From the human T2T-CHM13v2.0 reference genome, Homo sapiens: a stretch of 64,000 bases of DNA. This document shows positions 24,750-39,584 of the stretch, piece by piece. How positions within the stretch are numbered: position 1 is the stretch's first letter; every line of letters starts with the position of its first letter. Location: NCBI RefSeq assembly GCF_009914755.1, contig NC_060927.1. One strand, given 5' to 3'. A program made the position numbers and the translations under genes. The notes under the pieces were generated by a model. The model was given only the letters and a program-made list of their open reading frames with translations, ran no database searches and was not told the DNA's origin.

Positions 24750-25804
24750 CTATAAAAAGAATGAGAAAAAGAAAACTGCAGATCATTTAACCATCTGGCC
24801 AAATGAGCATGCAACATTGAAGCTTTCTTACTGTTTGCTGGTTCTGTGTGTCTTTCAAGAATAATGCAAAACAGGCAGTATTATCTTCTGTCCAAATGAC
24901 ATGCAAGGAAGCAAACTCAGGAGGGTAGATGATTTTCTTAAGACACAGAGTCAATGAGTGAATTCAGCTCTCATACCTTGCTTCTGAGTTCACCATTTCC
25001 TGATCAGCCCCCTCAGTATTTTCTGGCTCTGATGTCTCCAGAAAAACACTCTTCAAAGTGAGAGACTTTTAAATAGATTTAAATATTTTTTGCTTTCTGG
25101 AAGATCCACACATAGATAGTCTGTAGTAACAAAGGGTTGGAATGGTGGCAATAAAAACCTGAAGTTAAAGGTTTCCTTCACAAAGCAAGTTTACCCGAGG
25201 ATATTCTCTTTCCAGTAGTGAGTGAAAAGCCTGGAGCATTCTTAGTTATAGATCTATGTGCACAATGCATAATTCAGGTACTATTAAGCCAAAAGGCTTG
25301 CATACTGATGAGAACGGTTTTTTCAAATTTTATATCCTCCTAGATTTTCCTGGCTTCAGGCAGAGGCTGCTGTACTATGATCTTGCCTCAAAGTAGAAAC
25401 TTTGGTACCCACAATAGCAGATCAGAGGTTCATAAAAGGCCCCTGAGCAGGTTTGCAAAAAACAAAGGCAACAGATGCTCCTACCTGTGGTGCCCTTGAG
25501 TTAACCAGAGGAGTAGGGACATTTTGTCTGCTGTGGGCTAATTCTATTGTCAATAGTCATGCAACAAAACATCAAGCCAAGGATTCATTTTGGTGTATTC
25601 CTAGTACTTTAAACCTAGAAAGGACCCTCCGAGGTGTTTCAATTCATTTCCTTCATAGTACATGTGAGTGACTTAATGACCAAAGAGGCTAGGTGGCTAG
25701 GTAGTGTCAGAACCAAGCTGGAACCAGGGGATCTGGCTCTGGGCTTGGATTGGCTCTGCTGTTGGCTGGAAGAGCTGTGCTGACAACAATTTTGAGTTCC
25801 TCCT

Positions 25805-26390
25805 GTGTTAGAGGATCTCCAAGATCACTCTCAGGGTCAGAGATTCACTAGAATGACTCGCAGAACCCAGCAAAGCTGTTGTACTCTTGGTTACCTATAT
25901 TATAATGAAAGGACACAGATGAAAATCAACAGTAGAAAAGAGGCACAGGGCAGAGTCCAGGAGAGACCAGGAACACATTTCCAGTTGTCCTCTCCTAATG
26001 GAGTTATGTGGATGGCGCTTAATTCTCTCAGCAATGATATGTGCCAACACCCTGGGGACATTATCAACTAAGGAAGCTCACCCAAGCCTTGGTATCTACA
26101 CTTTCAACTGAGAGTAGCCACATAGTAATGACTGACCACCCACATGGCTGACCTTAGTCTCCAGCCCCCTCCAGAGGTCAAGCTGATATCTAGTGGCTCA
26201 AAGTCTCCACCGTAAATCACATTGTTAGCAGAAACCATCTGGCTTGGCCCCCGGACCCAAAGTAAACAAAGATACTCTCATCACTTAGGATATTCCAAGG
26301 GGTTAGAGGTTACCCTGCAAGAGCCTGGCTAGGGCCAAATATTTCCTGGAATGTGCAGGGTAAGAAAAATCCACTGAGTTAATTATTTAC
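25805..26390. mobile_element. MER21-type ERVL LTR
   Basis: GATTCACTAGAATGACTCGCAGAACCCAGCAAAGCTGTT...GGGCAGAGTCCAGGAGAGACCAGG resembles the recalled MER21 consensus. Confidence 0.6.
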
Positions 26391-26528
26391 TGGACCTCCC
26401 CCCACCAAAATTAATTTAAAACAATTGATTCTTTGTCCAGATAGTGTCGTTCTGCTCCTGATTCCTGTTGAGACTTGACTCCAGTATGTATGAGTCCTAT
26501 GCTACTCCTGACTTAAAAGTCCTATTGA

Positions 26529-26921
<393 letters not shown>

Positions 26922-26951
26922 TTAAGGTATTTTTAACGAGCAAAAATAATC

Positions 26952-27412
26952 TGTATGAGTTTCCTACTGCTGCTGTAACAAATTACTACAAATCTGGTGG
27001 TTTAATACAACAGAAATTTATTCTCTCACAGATTTGGAGGCCAGAACTCTGAAATCAGTATCATGGAGCTGAAATCAAAGTGTCATAAAGGCCCTTCACT
27101 CTTAGCTCTAGGGGGAAAATCCATGTGTCCTATAGCTTCTGGTGGCTGCCAACATTCCTTGACTTATGACCACATTGCCTACTCTTCTTTTGTATGCATG
27201 AAATTGTCCTCTACCTTTCTATTATAAGCATACTTTTGATTGCATTTAAGTCCCAACCAGATAATCCAGATAATTTCTTCCCTATTTCAAGATCCTTAAC
27301 TTAATCACGTCTGCAAGGATTTTTTTTTTCTTTTTTGGTCATATATGATAAGCTTCACAGGTTCCAGGAATTAGGACATGGATATCTTTTGGGGTATCAT
27401 TTCTTCACCCTA
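26952..27412 (-). mobile_element. MLT1 (MaLR) solo LTR
   Basis: TGTATGAGTTTCCTACTGCTGCTGTAACAAATTAC...TTCCAGGAATTAGGACATGGATATCTTT. Confidence 0.75.
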
Positions 27413-28055
27413 CTTTAGAATTTTTCTAAGGTTTGTAGGACATTAAAAAAAGCTGAGTTGCTTGGGTTTACCAAACATTTTTAGAATTATCCATGATAAG
27501 CCACTCAATATGCACAGAACTCATTTGACTAAAAGAAAATATGGAACATTAAAAAGGGAGGACTGTTATAGCAAAGTGTTGGAATGCACATTTTAAAATT
27601 AAAAGAAAAGAAAAAGAGAGCAAATTGGTGTTAGCTTGAATGATAGCCATGCCTTCCCATGAAAAATGAAGGAGACAACTAAGAAAAGTTATTTAGCTAA
27701 TCCAAGGTTCCAAAACTGCTTGGTGGGGTGCCAGGGTGGGGTGGAGTTGGTGAGGAGGAAAACAGGCTTGTTTACTTATAATATTGTGTGCCAGATTTTA
27801 GGATTTCCATAATTCAGCTCATTCTATTTGTCCAATCGACATATACCCAGAGTGGGTAGAGTTAGAATAGAAAATCATTTTTTAAAATCTGGATGTTAGA
27901 ACCAGGGGAAAATCACATCTTATGCTTGTGTCCCAATCTCCAGCAGCATTAAACAGACAGCAACATTGTGAGTTTCATCTGAAATAAGCATCATCAGCTT
28001 TGGTGCAGATGGCTGCAGTACAGGGAAGCCAAAGGCGATAGGCAGCTTTCCTTAC

Positions 28056-28279
28056 CTGAGACTTAGGAGGACGTTTCCATCAGGGTGTACGCGCAGCATG
28101 ATATTCTCCATAGTTGTATCATGGATGAAGGATCTTTTAGAGTGGACAAAAAAGATATCAGGCACCCAGATCTTTCTGGTCAATCTATGATCAAATGTCA
28201 TGCTTTTGTTTGCTGTGCTAGGAAAGGAGAGCCTCTCGTCTTTCCAGTAATGCCTGAGATAAAAAGTCATTGTAAAGTC
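28056..28279 (-). CDS. GABRR3: GABRR3 coding exon 4 (loops D, A, E)
   Basis: CTAG| ... AG|GTAAGG, 224 nt. Encodes DFTMTFYLRHYWKDERL...IWVPDIFFVHSKRS...DGNVLLSL(R) and overlaps ORF 28052..28270. Confidence 0.97.
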
Positions 28280-29169
28280 CTAGACAGAGAGAAAAAGAGA
28301 CCAAAAAAACCAGTAGGAATATGGTTCAGGATGACCACTCAACACTGTTAGTCCCAGGACTCATTCCTATGGTGTTAATGACTTTTAAGTGAATGGTTAA
28401 TATTGTAGTTTCAAGTAGATCTAGGATGAAGCTAAGGAGGTTATGCTTTGAGCTTCTCCTTCACATGGAGCCTAGTGAACGTTGAGAATTTCTGGGAGTT
28501 ATAATAGAATATTCAAGTTGGGGAAGGGGAACCAGGTTATAAATGGGAAGCATTTCTGTGTAAGCATTCTGGTAAATAACCTAAAGAGATTTCAGAAGAA
28601 AGGAACCTGAAACTTTACTATTTTATTGTCCATTATTTTATTGTGACTTCCTTTTTTATTCTAAATCACTTTTAAAACTGATTTTGTATTGATACTCATG
28701 TTATTTTTGTTAAAGAAGTTTTCCCAAATCGAATAAACTACAGTCCCATAAAAACATGGATACAGTGTTTATTAGAGCTATTCGTGTAAAGCAAGTTGTC
28801 AGAAGTCCTGGGACAGAGACAGAATCATCCTCAGCTTGAGAGATAGAAAGCATATTGTGAAATGGTAGTTCTCAAAGTTTAGTGTGCAAAGACTGACTTT
28901 TGAAGTTTGTTGAAATGGCACATTTCCCAGAAGCTAGTTCCCAGAGATTCTGATTCAGTATGGCTCAGGGATTTGAATTGTTACTGTTTATTCTTACATT
29001 GTAAGAATGTATTGATGAGAGGAAAAAACTGTACTAGCATTATATTAGAAAAAACAGTTTATTTAGTTAATAATTTGAGTTTTGTTTGGCTCTCAGATGT
29101 TCCAAATATTTGGTTGTTTGAATAGAAACTCCCCCAGCTTCATCCAAATTATTGGCTGTTGGACAATTA

Positions 29170-29240
29170 CAATTTCTTACTTCCTACTATTTTGCAATTG
29201 CTTACTTCTTACTATTTCACAATTGCTTACTTCTTACTAT
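29170..29240. repeat. 25-bp tandem repeat x3
   Basis: CAATT(T/G)CTTACTTC(C/T)TACTAT units start at 29170, 29195 and 29220. Confidence 0.85.
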
Positions 29241-29980
29241 CTTTTTTTCCAACACTAATCAAATTTTTCTTGAACCATTGCATATCATAGAACTTTGGCA
29301 TTTATTATACAAACAAAGGATACATTTCAGTAAACTCTGAATGAGTCACCAATTAATTATGAGCTAGTTTGTCCTAGGTTCAGAATAGAGCTATACTGAT
29401 TTATGGCTCTGGATTAATCTAGGAACATTAGCCATGTGTAATTTTGAATTAGGGTGAGGGCAAATAAACAGAATGGTTGCTTCATTAACATAATACAAGG
29501 AATTGTGTGGGTTACTGCACAGAGAGCCTTAATAAGCATATATTTAGAATTAGATGCTCAGTGTGATCTGAAGTTCACTGGGCAAACACTGAGTTTATGC
29601 AGTCAAATAGCAGACGTTGGTGCATGTCTGTGATATAGCAAGTCACCACACGCTGGCACTATCAGGAGCAGGCCAAACAGCATTCTGGGAGGAGGGTGAG
29701 ACAAAACTTAAATAGATCAAAAGTGAAGTTAGGGCGGATGAGAGAGTAGAAAGATGATAAATGAGAAGCAAAAACAAATAAACAAACCAACAAAAAAACC
29801 AACACTAGGGGGAAGGGTGAATCACTGACAATCAGAAAGCATTTTCAAACTGGGCATGTGAACCCAGTCCAGTTTTATCTGATACGGACTAGCACAGCTA
29901 ACCTTATTCAGGAGGTAAAGATGATGTCCAGTTCTGGGTGCTGCTGGTTAGAAACAATAAGGACTTTAGATGCAAACTGG

Positions 29981-30175
29981 GTCATTCAGAAATGACTTGA
30001 ATAATACGCCAGGAGAGGGGAAATAAAAGCTTGTTCTCAGAGCACAACAGGCTTGGGGAAGTATCATTCAGAAATGACTTGGATAATATGTCATTCAGAA
30101 ATGACTTGGATAATATTCCAGGAAAGGGGAAATAAAAGCTTGTTCTCAGAGCACAACAGGCTTGGGGAAGTATCA
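29981..30175. repeat. Complex tandem duplication (86 bp + ~26-bp partial + 86 bp)
   Basis: Units 29981-30066 and 30090-30175 are nearly identical, with a partial copy of the unit start at 30064-30089. Confidence 0.92.
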
Positions 30176-30924
30176 GTAAAAGAGCTGCCTTTGGGTAAGA
30201 AAGGGGCAAAATCTTCTAAACCAATCTTTTTTGAGTAGCGAGTCCTATTAGTGCTATTCCCTTTTGCAGGAGAATGGCAAATGAATCTTTAAGACTTACA
30301 TTGAGCTGAAATAAATATTGAATTAGATAATGATAAGGATGAGGCAGACCATTAGCTGAAGAGTTTACAGACTGAAACAAGGTGTAATGGGTCATAGAAG
30401 ATTTTGTTTAGAACTTTCTAGAATTTTTATGTGTTCTGAACTTTTAGTGATTTGGAGGAATCACTATAAATAAAAATATGAATTAAGGATATAGATGAAA
30501 AGATTATTTGATTTTAGTGATTGATATTTTCTAGGTCCCTCCCTCAACAGATCCCTGTTTGTTCACTTTGTCTCTCTCTTTTTATCTTTAATTGCAGTAT
30601 TTGCATTATTACAAAAATAATACACAGAATCTAAATTTTAAATTTTAACACTCTGAAAATCACTATATAAGCTACAGTTTATGTATCAACAATACTTATT
30701 CTAAAGCATATATAAAAACAACTTTTGAAAGTTTTATAAGAACACACATGTAAAATATTCCAGAAAATGGAATGAAATTCAAGGATTCATGTACATAAAA
30801 ATGGCCATCAAATGAGTAGATTGGATAAACAACAAACTAAATCTTTTCAGATGGAAAATGGAGTTTGAAAAGAAAATAACTTAACTTTTCCCAATCATGG
30901 AAGAGCTACTCCTTGGTTTTATTA

Positions 30925-31214
<290 letters not shown>

Positions 31215-31493
31215 TAAATTGTTTACTACTTTGGGTAGAATGGAGATAAAAAACTAAAATTCAAACCAAATACAAAATTGAAACCAAACCAAAACATATT
31301 CATAAGCTGCATCTTACTAGTAGGTACCAGTTAGGGCCTTTATCATTAACACCTGAAAGTGGTGTAGTATTGAAAGAAAAGGAAAGAGATCCATCTAAAG
31401 AGGATGACGGAAAAGATAGCAATTGAGGACAAAGAAATGAGATGGAAAAAGCAATTTAAATATAAAGACACATAGCCATTGGGTAAGAACACG

Positions 31494-32294
31494 TGATAGA
31501 GTTTGGATGTTTGTTCCCTCCAAATGTTGTGTTGGAATTTGATACCCAGTGTTGGAGGTGGGGCTTGAAGGGAGGTGTATTAGTCCATTTTCACACTGCT
31601 ATAGAGAACTACCTGAGACTGTGTAATTTATAAAGAAAAGAGGTTTAATTGACTCACAGTTCTGCATGGCTGGGGAGGCCTCACGAAACTTACAACCACG
31701 GCAGAAGGCAAAGGGGAAGAAAGCACCTTCTTCACAGGGCAGCAGGAGAGAGAGCATGTGCAGGGGAAACTGCCACTTTCAAATAATCAGGTCTCATGAG
31801 AACTCTTTCACTATCACAAGAACAGCATGGGGGAAACTGCCCCCATGATCAAATCACCTCCCACAAGGTCCCTCCCTCAACATGTCAAGATGAGATTTGG
31901 GTGGGGAACACAGAGCCAAACCATATCAGGAGGTATTTAGGTCTTGACGGCAGATCCTTCAGGAATAGCTTGGAGCCATCTTCTTAGTAATGAATGAGTT
32001 CTCAATTATTTCCCATGACAGTCTTCTCCCTTCTTCACCCCTGCCACCTGGAGCTGGTTGTTGAAAGAACCTAGTACCTCCCCCACCCCCCATTCCTCCT
32101 TCTCTTGCCATGTGATGCCTGCTCCCGTTCACCTTCCACCATGAGTAGAAGCTTCCTGAGGCCCTCACCAGGAGCAGATGGCGGTGTCATGCTCCTTGTA
32201 TGGCCTGCAGAACCATGGGCCAAGCAAACCTCTTTTCTTTATAAACTGCCCAGCCTCAGGTATTCCTTTACTGTAACACAAACAGACTAAGACA
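31494..32294 (+). mobile_element. MST (MaLR) solo LTR interrupted by a THE1 LTR
   Basis: TGATAGAGTTTGGATGTTTGTTCCCTCCAAA...ACAGACTAAGACA. Flanks ACACG and ACAAG (4/5 TSD). Confidence 0.8.
31576..31928 (-). mobile_element. THE1-type solo LTR nested in the MST LTR
   Basis: TGTATTAGTCCATTTTCACACTGCT...GCCAAACCATATCA, with perfect 5-bp TSD GGAGG (31571-31575 and 31929-31933). Confidence 0.85.
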
Positions 32295-33366
32295 ACAAGG
32301 AAACAGGTGCTGAAAATTTGAAGCTGTAAAGGCACCCTTTATTTGGGATAGAAAAACAAACTGAAGGGGGCTCAACCAAACTCTGAAACTACATTAACAA
32401 ATTAATAGATCAAGAGTGAGTAAAAAGGAAATATATCTGAAAACAAATATGTAGGTGCTTGTATGTATAAGCTAGCAATGTTATTAACTATTCTTAGAGC
32501 AAAAAAACTGAAAAACCTAAAATCACTTAAATGAAAAATGTCTCTGGTAATTATGTAAACAAGGAAAGTGGTCCTAAATTGGGAATAGAGAAAATAAAAT
32601 GGAAAATTACGGTTGATAATATTAAAACATAAAAATAGCCAAAGTGATTAAGGGACGGGAAGAAGAAACAGAAAAGCAAGGCATGCAAAATGTCATAGAA
32701 GACAGAAAAAGGCTAACAGGAAGCTTGAAGATAAGGGATCAGTTTCAAGTTTTATGGATATTTCATAGAGTGAATAATACTCTAGGAAAATACAGATGTT
32801 TCATTGCAAAATTAAATAATGGCAGTCTTTTTTAGATTTCTAGAAAAATATAAGGGAGTAGACAAATTTTTAATTAAATTTTTAGTCCCATGAACTTAAA
32901 AAAATTCTTTGTCCTCTGCTACTGGTTGTCTACAGATAAGCAAAATTAATATCATTTGATATATTTGAAAGCAGTCCATCAATGCTGGTTCAACTGTTTA
33001 TTATTTTACAGGCAAGGACTCATGATTCGGATTTCATATCGCACATATAGTATGGTCATCCTTCTGTTTATACAATTGTTCCCAGTTCTTGCTACATTGG
33101 TAAATATATCATGATGTTCTACAGTGTTCCACCACTAGAAATCCATTAGAAGGAAAATAGAAGAGTAGAAAAGGAATGAGAATTCTAATCAAGGTTAGAA
33201 TGAAGAGGATGGAAGAGAGCACAGCAATCATGACCCTATGATTAATCAAAGTAGGAGACATAAATAACATACATAATTAAAATGATTTATTAAAACACTA
33301 GTGATTTTGACACTGCCGAGTTTCTGTCTTTTCAGAAAAAGAGCAATATCCCATGAAGAAACTTAC

Positions 33367-33434
33367 CATGTTAGTCTCTGAAATGCTGTCAATGCTTTCA
33401 ACATGGACATCTATACCTACTGGCACTGGAGACC
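33367..33434 (-). CDS. GABRR3: GABRR3 coding exon 3
   Basis: CTTAAG| ... ATG|GTAAGT. Typical 68-nt GABA-A exon encoding (G)SPVPVGIDVHVESIDSISETNM. Confidence 0.96.
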
Positions 33435-34538
33435 CTTAAGAAAGAAGAATGGTTAATATGCTGAGGAATGCATTATAATCATTTTAAAACCATTTAAAAC
33501 AGAGAGATTAATTCTCTTGGACAGCAACTGAATTACTGTTAAAGTTTTTTTAAACAACAAATTTCTCCATTATTCATTGAATCAGTTATTATATACTCAA
33601 TTATTATAATAAAGGCACATGTGTAAATAAATGGTATTCTAATAATCATTACTCATTTGCTTGGGATCATGTCAATAATTTCCTCCTCTAGTATAAGAGT
33701 GGTGCCTCCAGTTTTCTTTTTTTTTTTTTTTAGTTTTTTATTCTTTTTACCTACTAGTGATTTAAAAAGGAAAAGTGTTTTGAAAACATGTCTTAAGAGT
33801 ATGTAGAATTATGTACTCTTAAGTACAAATATGGTAATGGTCATATCTCATAGTCAGGGAGTGTCATAGAATCCTTGACGTGGGCAATGTTGGGACCTTT
33901 TCTCTGGTGTCAAAAATATCAGCCTTTTCCATTTGTGCTGTGGTTGGTGGAGTAGAGGAACACAGAGAAAATTTTATTGAGACTAAAAGTACAGTGCCAC
34001 ACAGGGACAACACAGATCAGATTCCGAAGTGTCCCTTTGCAGATCAGCAGCAACCACAGGCTGCATTTGTGAAGAAGCAAATATCCTTAGAAATCCATTT
34101 AATGAGAAAATACTGAGAGTAGAATTGGAGCAATTTCAGACAGAGCACTGCTGACACTTGTACAGTTGAGTCACCCAGAATCAGGTTCATGGGCCCAGAA
34201 AACCTGAATGACAACCAACAGAATCCAGACTAGACTGACATTTCCTAGTTACACCTAACAAACGATTTCACCACTTCCAGTGTGAGTCGAAATTGATGTT
34301 AGTAACATCAACATTTAGTTTTGCGATGGAAATTTTATGTACATATGTGTTAAAATAATTTATATATTTATATATGTAGTCTTTTATATGTTCTCTTTCC
34401 ATATAAGCCATTCTCGATTAAACCTTATTGTCTCTATAGTCCTGAGTTTTAAAAAATGTTTTCAATTATGGTTGAGAAAATATAAATCCTGCCTAAATGG
34501 ATCCAAGCTGGTTGTTTTAATCGAGATTCAAAGATTTA

Positions 34539-34898
<360 letters not shown>

Positions 34899-35303
34899 TT
34901 AGAGGAGTCAAGTCTGAAAAGCTTCCTTAATGAGGCTGAGGCTACGTAATGCCTGGATGTGCTACATGGGACAGGCGTGCCTATAATTCGACAGCCCTTT
35001 AAATGCATAATACTATAGAAACCCAAGGTATGTCTTGCCAGTCCTGTATCTTTTCTGTGACCGCCCCAGGAATTAACTGATGTCACCTTCACTTTATTAA
35101 CAAATTCCCTTTTTTGGATCCTCAAATCCATGCCCTCGGTATCATTTTTTTACTTTCAAGGGTTTCAGGTGGCCAGGCACAGGGATGGCATGCAAATATA
35201 TTCCTGCTTCAGGCTTCTGGAATACCTCAGTTACATCTTAACTACCATCTTCTTCCTGACATATTGGATCAATTACTATATACCCTATAACACTAATTAT
35301 GAC

Positions 35304-35573
<270 letters not shown>

Positions 35574-36559
35574 AAATTATGACAATTTTTAAATAGTGTT
35601 TAATGGTGATTTTGATTAAGCATTAACTTGGGAACATCTCACTATTATTCCTTCATAGGGTTTGGCTCTGGTGCTTTTTTACGTGTGTGTGCCTTTTTTC
35701 TTGGAATTAGTAGAATAATCAAAATAACAATTCACGAAAATATCTTTGCCATGGCTCTACCTGGTATTTTAGATTGAGTAAATCTTCCCAATAATTCCAA
35801 AACTCCAAGGGAAGAAAAAATTTGAAAAGGTCTTGGAGGAGCGGCAGAATGTCCCAAATGAAGTTCTAGCATGAAAGTCACTTAGGCTAGAGTTTGAAAC
35901 CAGCTCCACAATTGTTATGTGAATGAGAGTAAGTAATGTCTCTAAGCTCAGTTTACCTGATTTATAAAATTTGTCTAGTAATACTTACCTTGGAGACTCA
36001 TTTGAGGACTAGACGTAGTACAGTTACTGAACTTAATTTGTAGTCAATAAATGGCATATAATAAATGTTATCACTACTGCAATTAAGCAAAAATATAAAC
36101 CTGCCCCTTAGGAATGTAAGCCACTACTCCCAATCCTACGCACATTTAGATAATGAGTCCAATCTTCAAAAAAAAAAAAAAAAAAGGAAAAGAAAAAGAT
36201 ACAGTGCTTCTCATCATTTATTTATTTTTTTAAATCAGAGAGCAACTTGCAGCTAGTACCTCATGATTTATAAATAGATCCTAGTTGCTGACAACTGTCT
36301 CTACAAGCCTGGGGACAGTCTTGTAAAACTACCCTCCAAGGACCTATTTATGCCACTGCTGCCCAAGCACTGGAGCCTAAAGGTTGTTTGAAGGCTGATC
36401 TGAGATCGGGGTTAAAACATAGCTTGTCTATTAGGAATGGGTTTCTGGAAATACCTTCGATTTCTTCCTTTCGTCCTCCAGATTTATACTGGTTCTGGTG
36501 GGGATAAGCTCTTCCATTTGCAAGGAAAATGTATGCTCTTGGGTGCCGTCTGGCCTCAT

Positions 36560-36947
<388 letters not shown>

Positions 36948-39120
36948 TAGCATTCTTGAGGATAGAGTAGAGAGTGAGCAGCATGTAAAGCCAAAACGCA
37001 GAATCAGAGTTTGGGAGCCAGATAAAAGCTCCAAAGATCGTTCTTTTTACAAAAAAGGAGCTGAGTCACAGATAGAAGGTGGCAATAAAGCATATGGATT
37101 CAAATCCATGGAATTTGTAGCCATATAAACCTGAGTTAGTACCAAACTTCTGTAAATACCTCAACTCCTCATGTAATCTGTAAAACAGAACTAAATATAT
37201 GGTACCTACTTTTTGGGTTGCTGTGATTATGTGAAAGGAAGCTTGTCAAGTCCTTAGCCTAACCCCATTCAGATGTATTAAAACCAACTTACATGTTATC
37301 TATCTATTGGATCAGTAATAAATGTAACAGTGTAAATAATAATTTTTAGATAATTTTATTAATTCAGTACCTAAAGCATTTAAAATATAGTGAAAATTAA
37401 ATAAATATTAACCATTACGATGATTGTGTTGATTTCTCAGGATCACTAACTAGGTAGTAGCACACACATTTATAATCCTTTTTGTATATGGAAAGATATA
37501 GCATCTATTTGGTTTTTATGCAGGCTGGAATAATGAGGGCTAAATAAAAGTTATACATCTGATTTGTATAATGCATTTAAAGTTCATTATATAATATATC
37601 ATCTAATCTTTTAATTATAGCTGCTTTGTTAGCTAGAGAGAGCTGATTTTAGCTCCTCTTGACACGAGGGAGTGCATACTCAGAGAGGTTACAACACGTG
37701 CCTGAAACCCAAAGTTAGTTAATGATAGGAAAGTAGCCAGATCCTTCTGACTCACAGTATAGTCCTCTCCTTTGACAAGCAAAGACTGTACAAGCAGCTT
37801 TTATAACTTTAGCTTTTGTCTTGACTCTGTAGCCAGTATCTGCATACTGAAATGATTTCACTTTGAAGAAACAAAGAAATTATCATCTATAAAACTAAAA
37901 CAAAAAAGCCCTTAGTTATGGGAGACGTAAAAGGTGGGGAAAACATAAATAAAGAAAATGAGCTGCAATTTATAACCCAAGTTAAACAAAAAGCTCCCCT
38001 AAATTTATATCCTCCTGTTTCCACATAATGAGTCAATTAATCTTCTAATGCTTTATAAAAGTAAAAAACACTGCAGTAGCAGCTGGTTTTAATGTTAAAG
38101 CTAATTAGGAAGACACATTAAGGCAAGAGAAGTGCTGAAGTTAACATTTAGCTCAAGAGGGAAAAAGTATGTGCGTGTGTTTGTGTTGCGGACAAGCATA
38201 AAGAAAGAAGATAAATTAAAGCTTGTCTTTTATATTCTGCAGTCTGATTTCCCCAAGGAAGGCAGCCATGAGAACAGAGAAATGGGTCACTGGTATAAGA
38301 AGCTGTTCTGACCAAGACAGGCAAGAGAAGGTTAAGGGGTGTCTTTCACAGAGCTACCAGACTGACACTTCTGACTGAATTTATGAAGATTTTTCGGCTC
38401 AAACTGACTAATCACACAAGCCATTTGGACACCATTTCACCCCAGTATATGATTGTCAGAAAAATTTCTTAATCATGGGATGATTTGCCGCCTGCCACTA
38501 AGTAGCACATTTCAATTGCATTTTTAACAACCCTACGAAGTCGCCTCGGGAAAGAAAGTATTTTTAAAAAAATGCATTTTCATTTAAAAAAAATCTTTAA
38601 ATGTATCTCTAACAGATCAAGCACAGTGGAAATTTCAGGTCAATTTCATGTTTTTCTGGACGGGGGGAGGACGAGGTAGGGATGGAGAATGAAGGCATAC
38701 ATGTTTTAAGATAAGAGAGGAGAGTTGGCTCTCCGTCATCTACAGGAGTGCTTCTCAAACTGTAAGGTTTAGGGGAATCACTGCAGAGTTTTATTTAGAA
38801 TCCTGAGTTGGGGCCCGTGCATCTGCATTTCTAACTCCCAGGTGATTCTGCGGCTGGTCCATGGACCACTTTGAGTGTCAAAGCCTCTCTAGACCGCACT
38901 TGGTTCAAGGTCTACATTCAAGGATAGTCATTTTTCTCTCAATCTTTCTTCCTTTACATGGCCTCAAATAATCTCCATAAAAACCCTTTCCTCTAGGATA
39001 GGAGCGAGTTTAACTGAGAAATCTAACCTGACATGAATTAGGGCAGGTTTTTGAATTCGTGTTGAAAAGAGCTTCCAACTGTGGCTCCGGAGTGGCCAGT
39101 TTCAAGCCATTCCTGTGTGA

Positions 39121-39140
39121 CTGGCGCCCCCTGGTGGCCG
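39121..39140 (-). promoter_or_regulatory. High-match CTCF motif in the intron between coding exons 2 and 3
   Basis: Minus strand CGGCCACCAGGGGGCGCCAG versus consensus TGGCCACCAGGGGGCGCTA. CpGs are retained in a CpG-poor region. Confidence 0.75.
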
Positions 39141-39584
39141 AAAACCCAGGGACAGGCAAATGTATCGACTGAAGATTCCTGCTTGTTATATGGTGGTAGG
39201 GGAAATATTTTAAAGATCTTTTATAGAATCACAGGGACCAAGGTACAAAATATCTGCGTAGTAGTTGTAGAACCTATTATATAAACTTTGGGAAAATTTG
39301 GTTGGGGAAACACAGTTGAGAACGGTCGTAAGGAAGATACATAAGAGAAGTAGTGAAGAAAAGTAAAAAAAGATAAAGAAATAGTCTCAGAAGAAAAAAA
39401 AGAGACATATTTCTAAACCTGCTTCATCTCAAGGCTTCTGAAATCTTAAATTATGATTCAATAAGTGTGAAAAATGCTCTGCAAAACAAAAAATTAAACT
39501 CACCATGATTTCATCTGATGCTGATCACCTAATACAGTGATCACCTAATACAGCGATTCTCTGGCCTCAGCCTCCCGAGGAGCT

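Noticed and set aside
24356-24790. 144-aa plus-strand ORF antisense to exon 5 (also 28085..28351 antisense to exon 4)
   Set aside because: Antisense shadows of real exons. The first also includes poly(A)-derived lysines.
29170-30175. CRISPR-like or other repeat-spacer arrays
   Set aside because: Eukaryotic intron. The repeats are tandem duplications with no unique spacers and no cas genes.
38020-38480. Possible intronic enhancer (TGAGTCA, TAATT and TAATC motifs)
   Set aside because: Only degenerate short motifs, at a density not clearly above AT-rich background.
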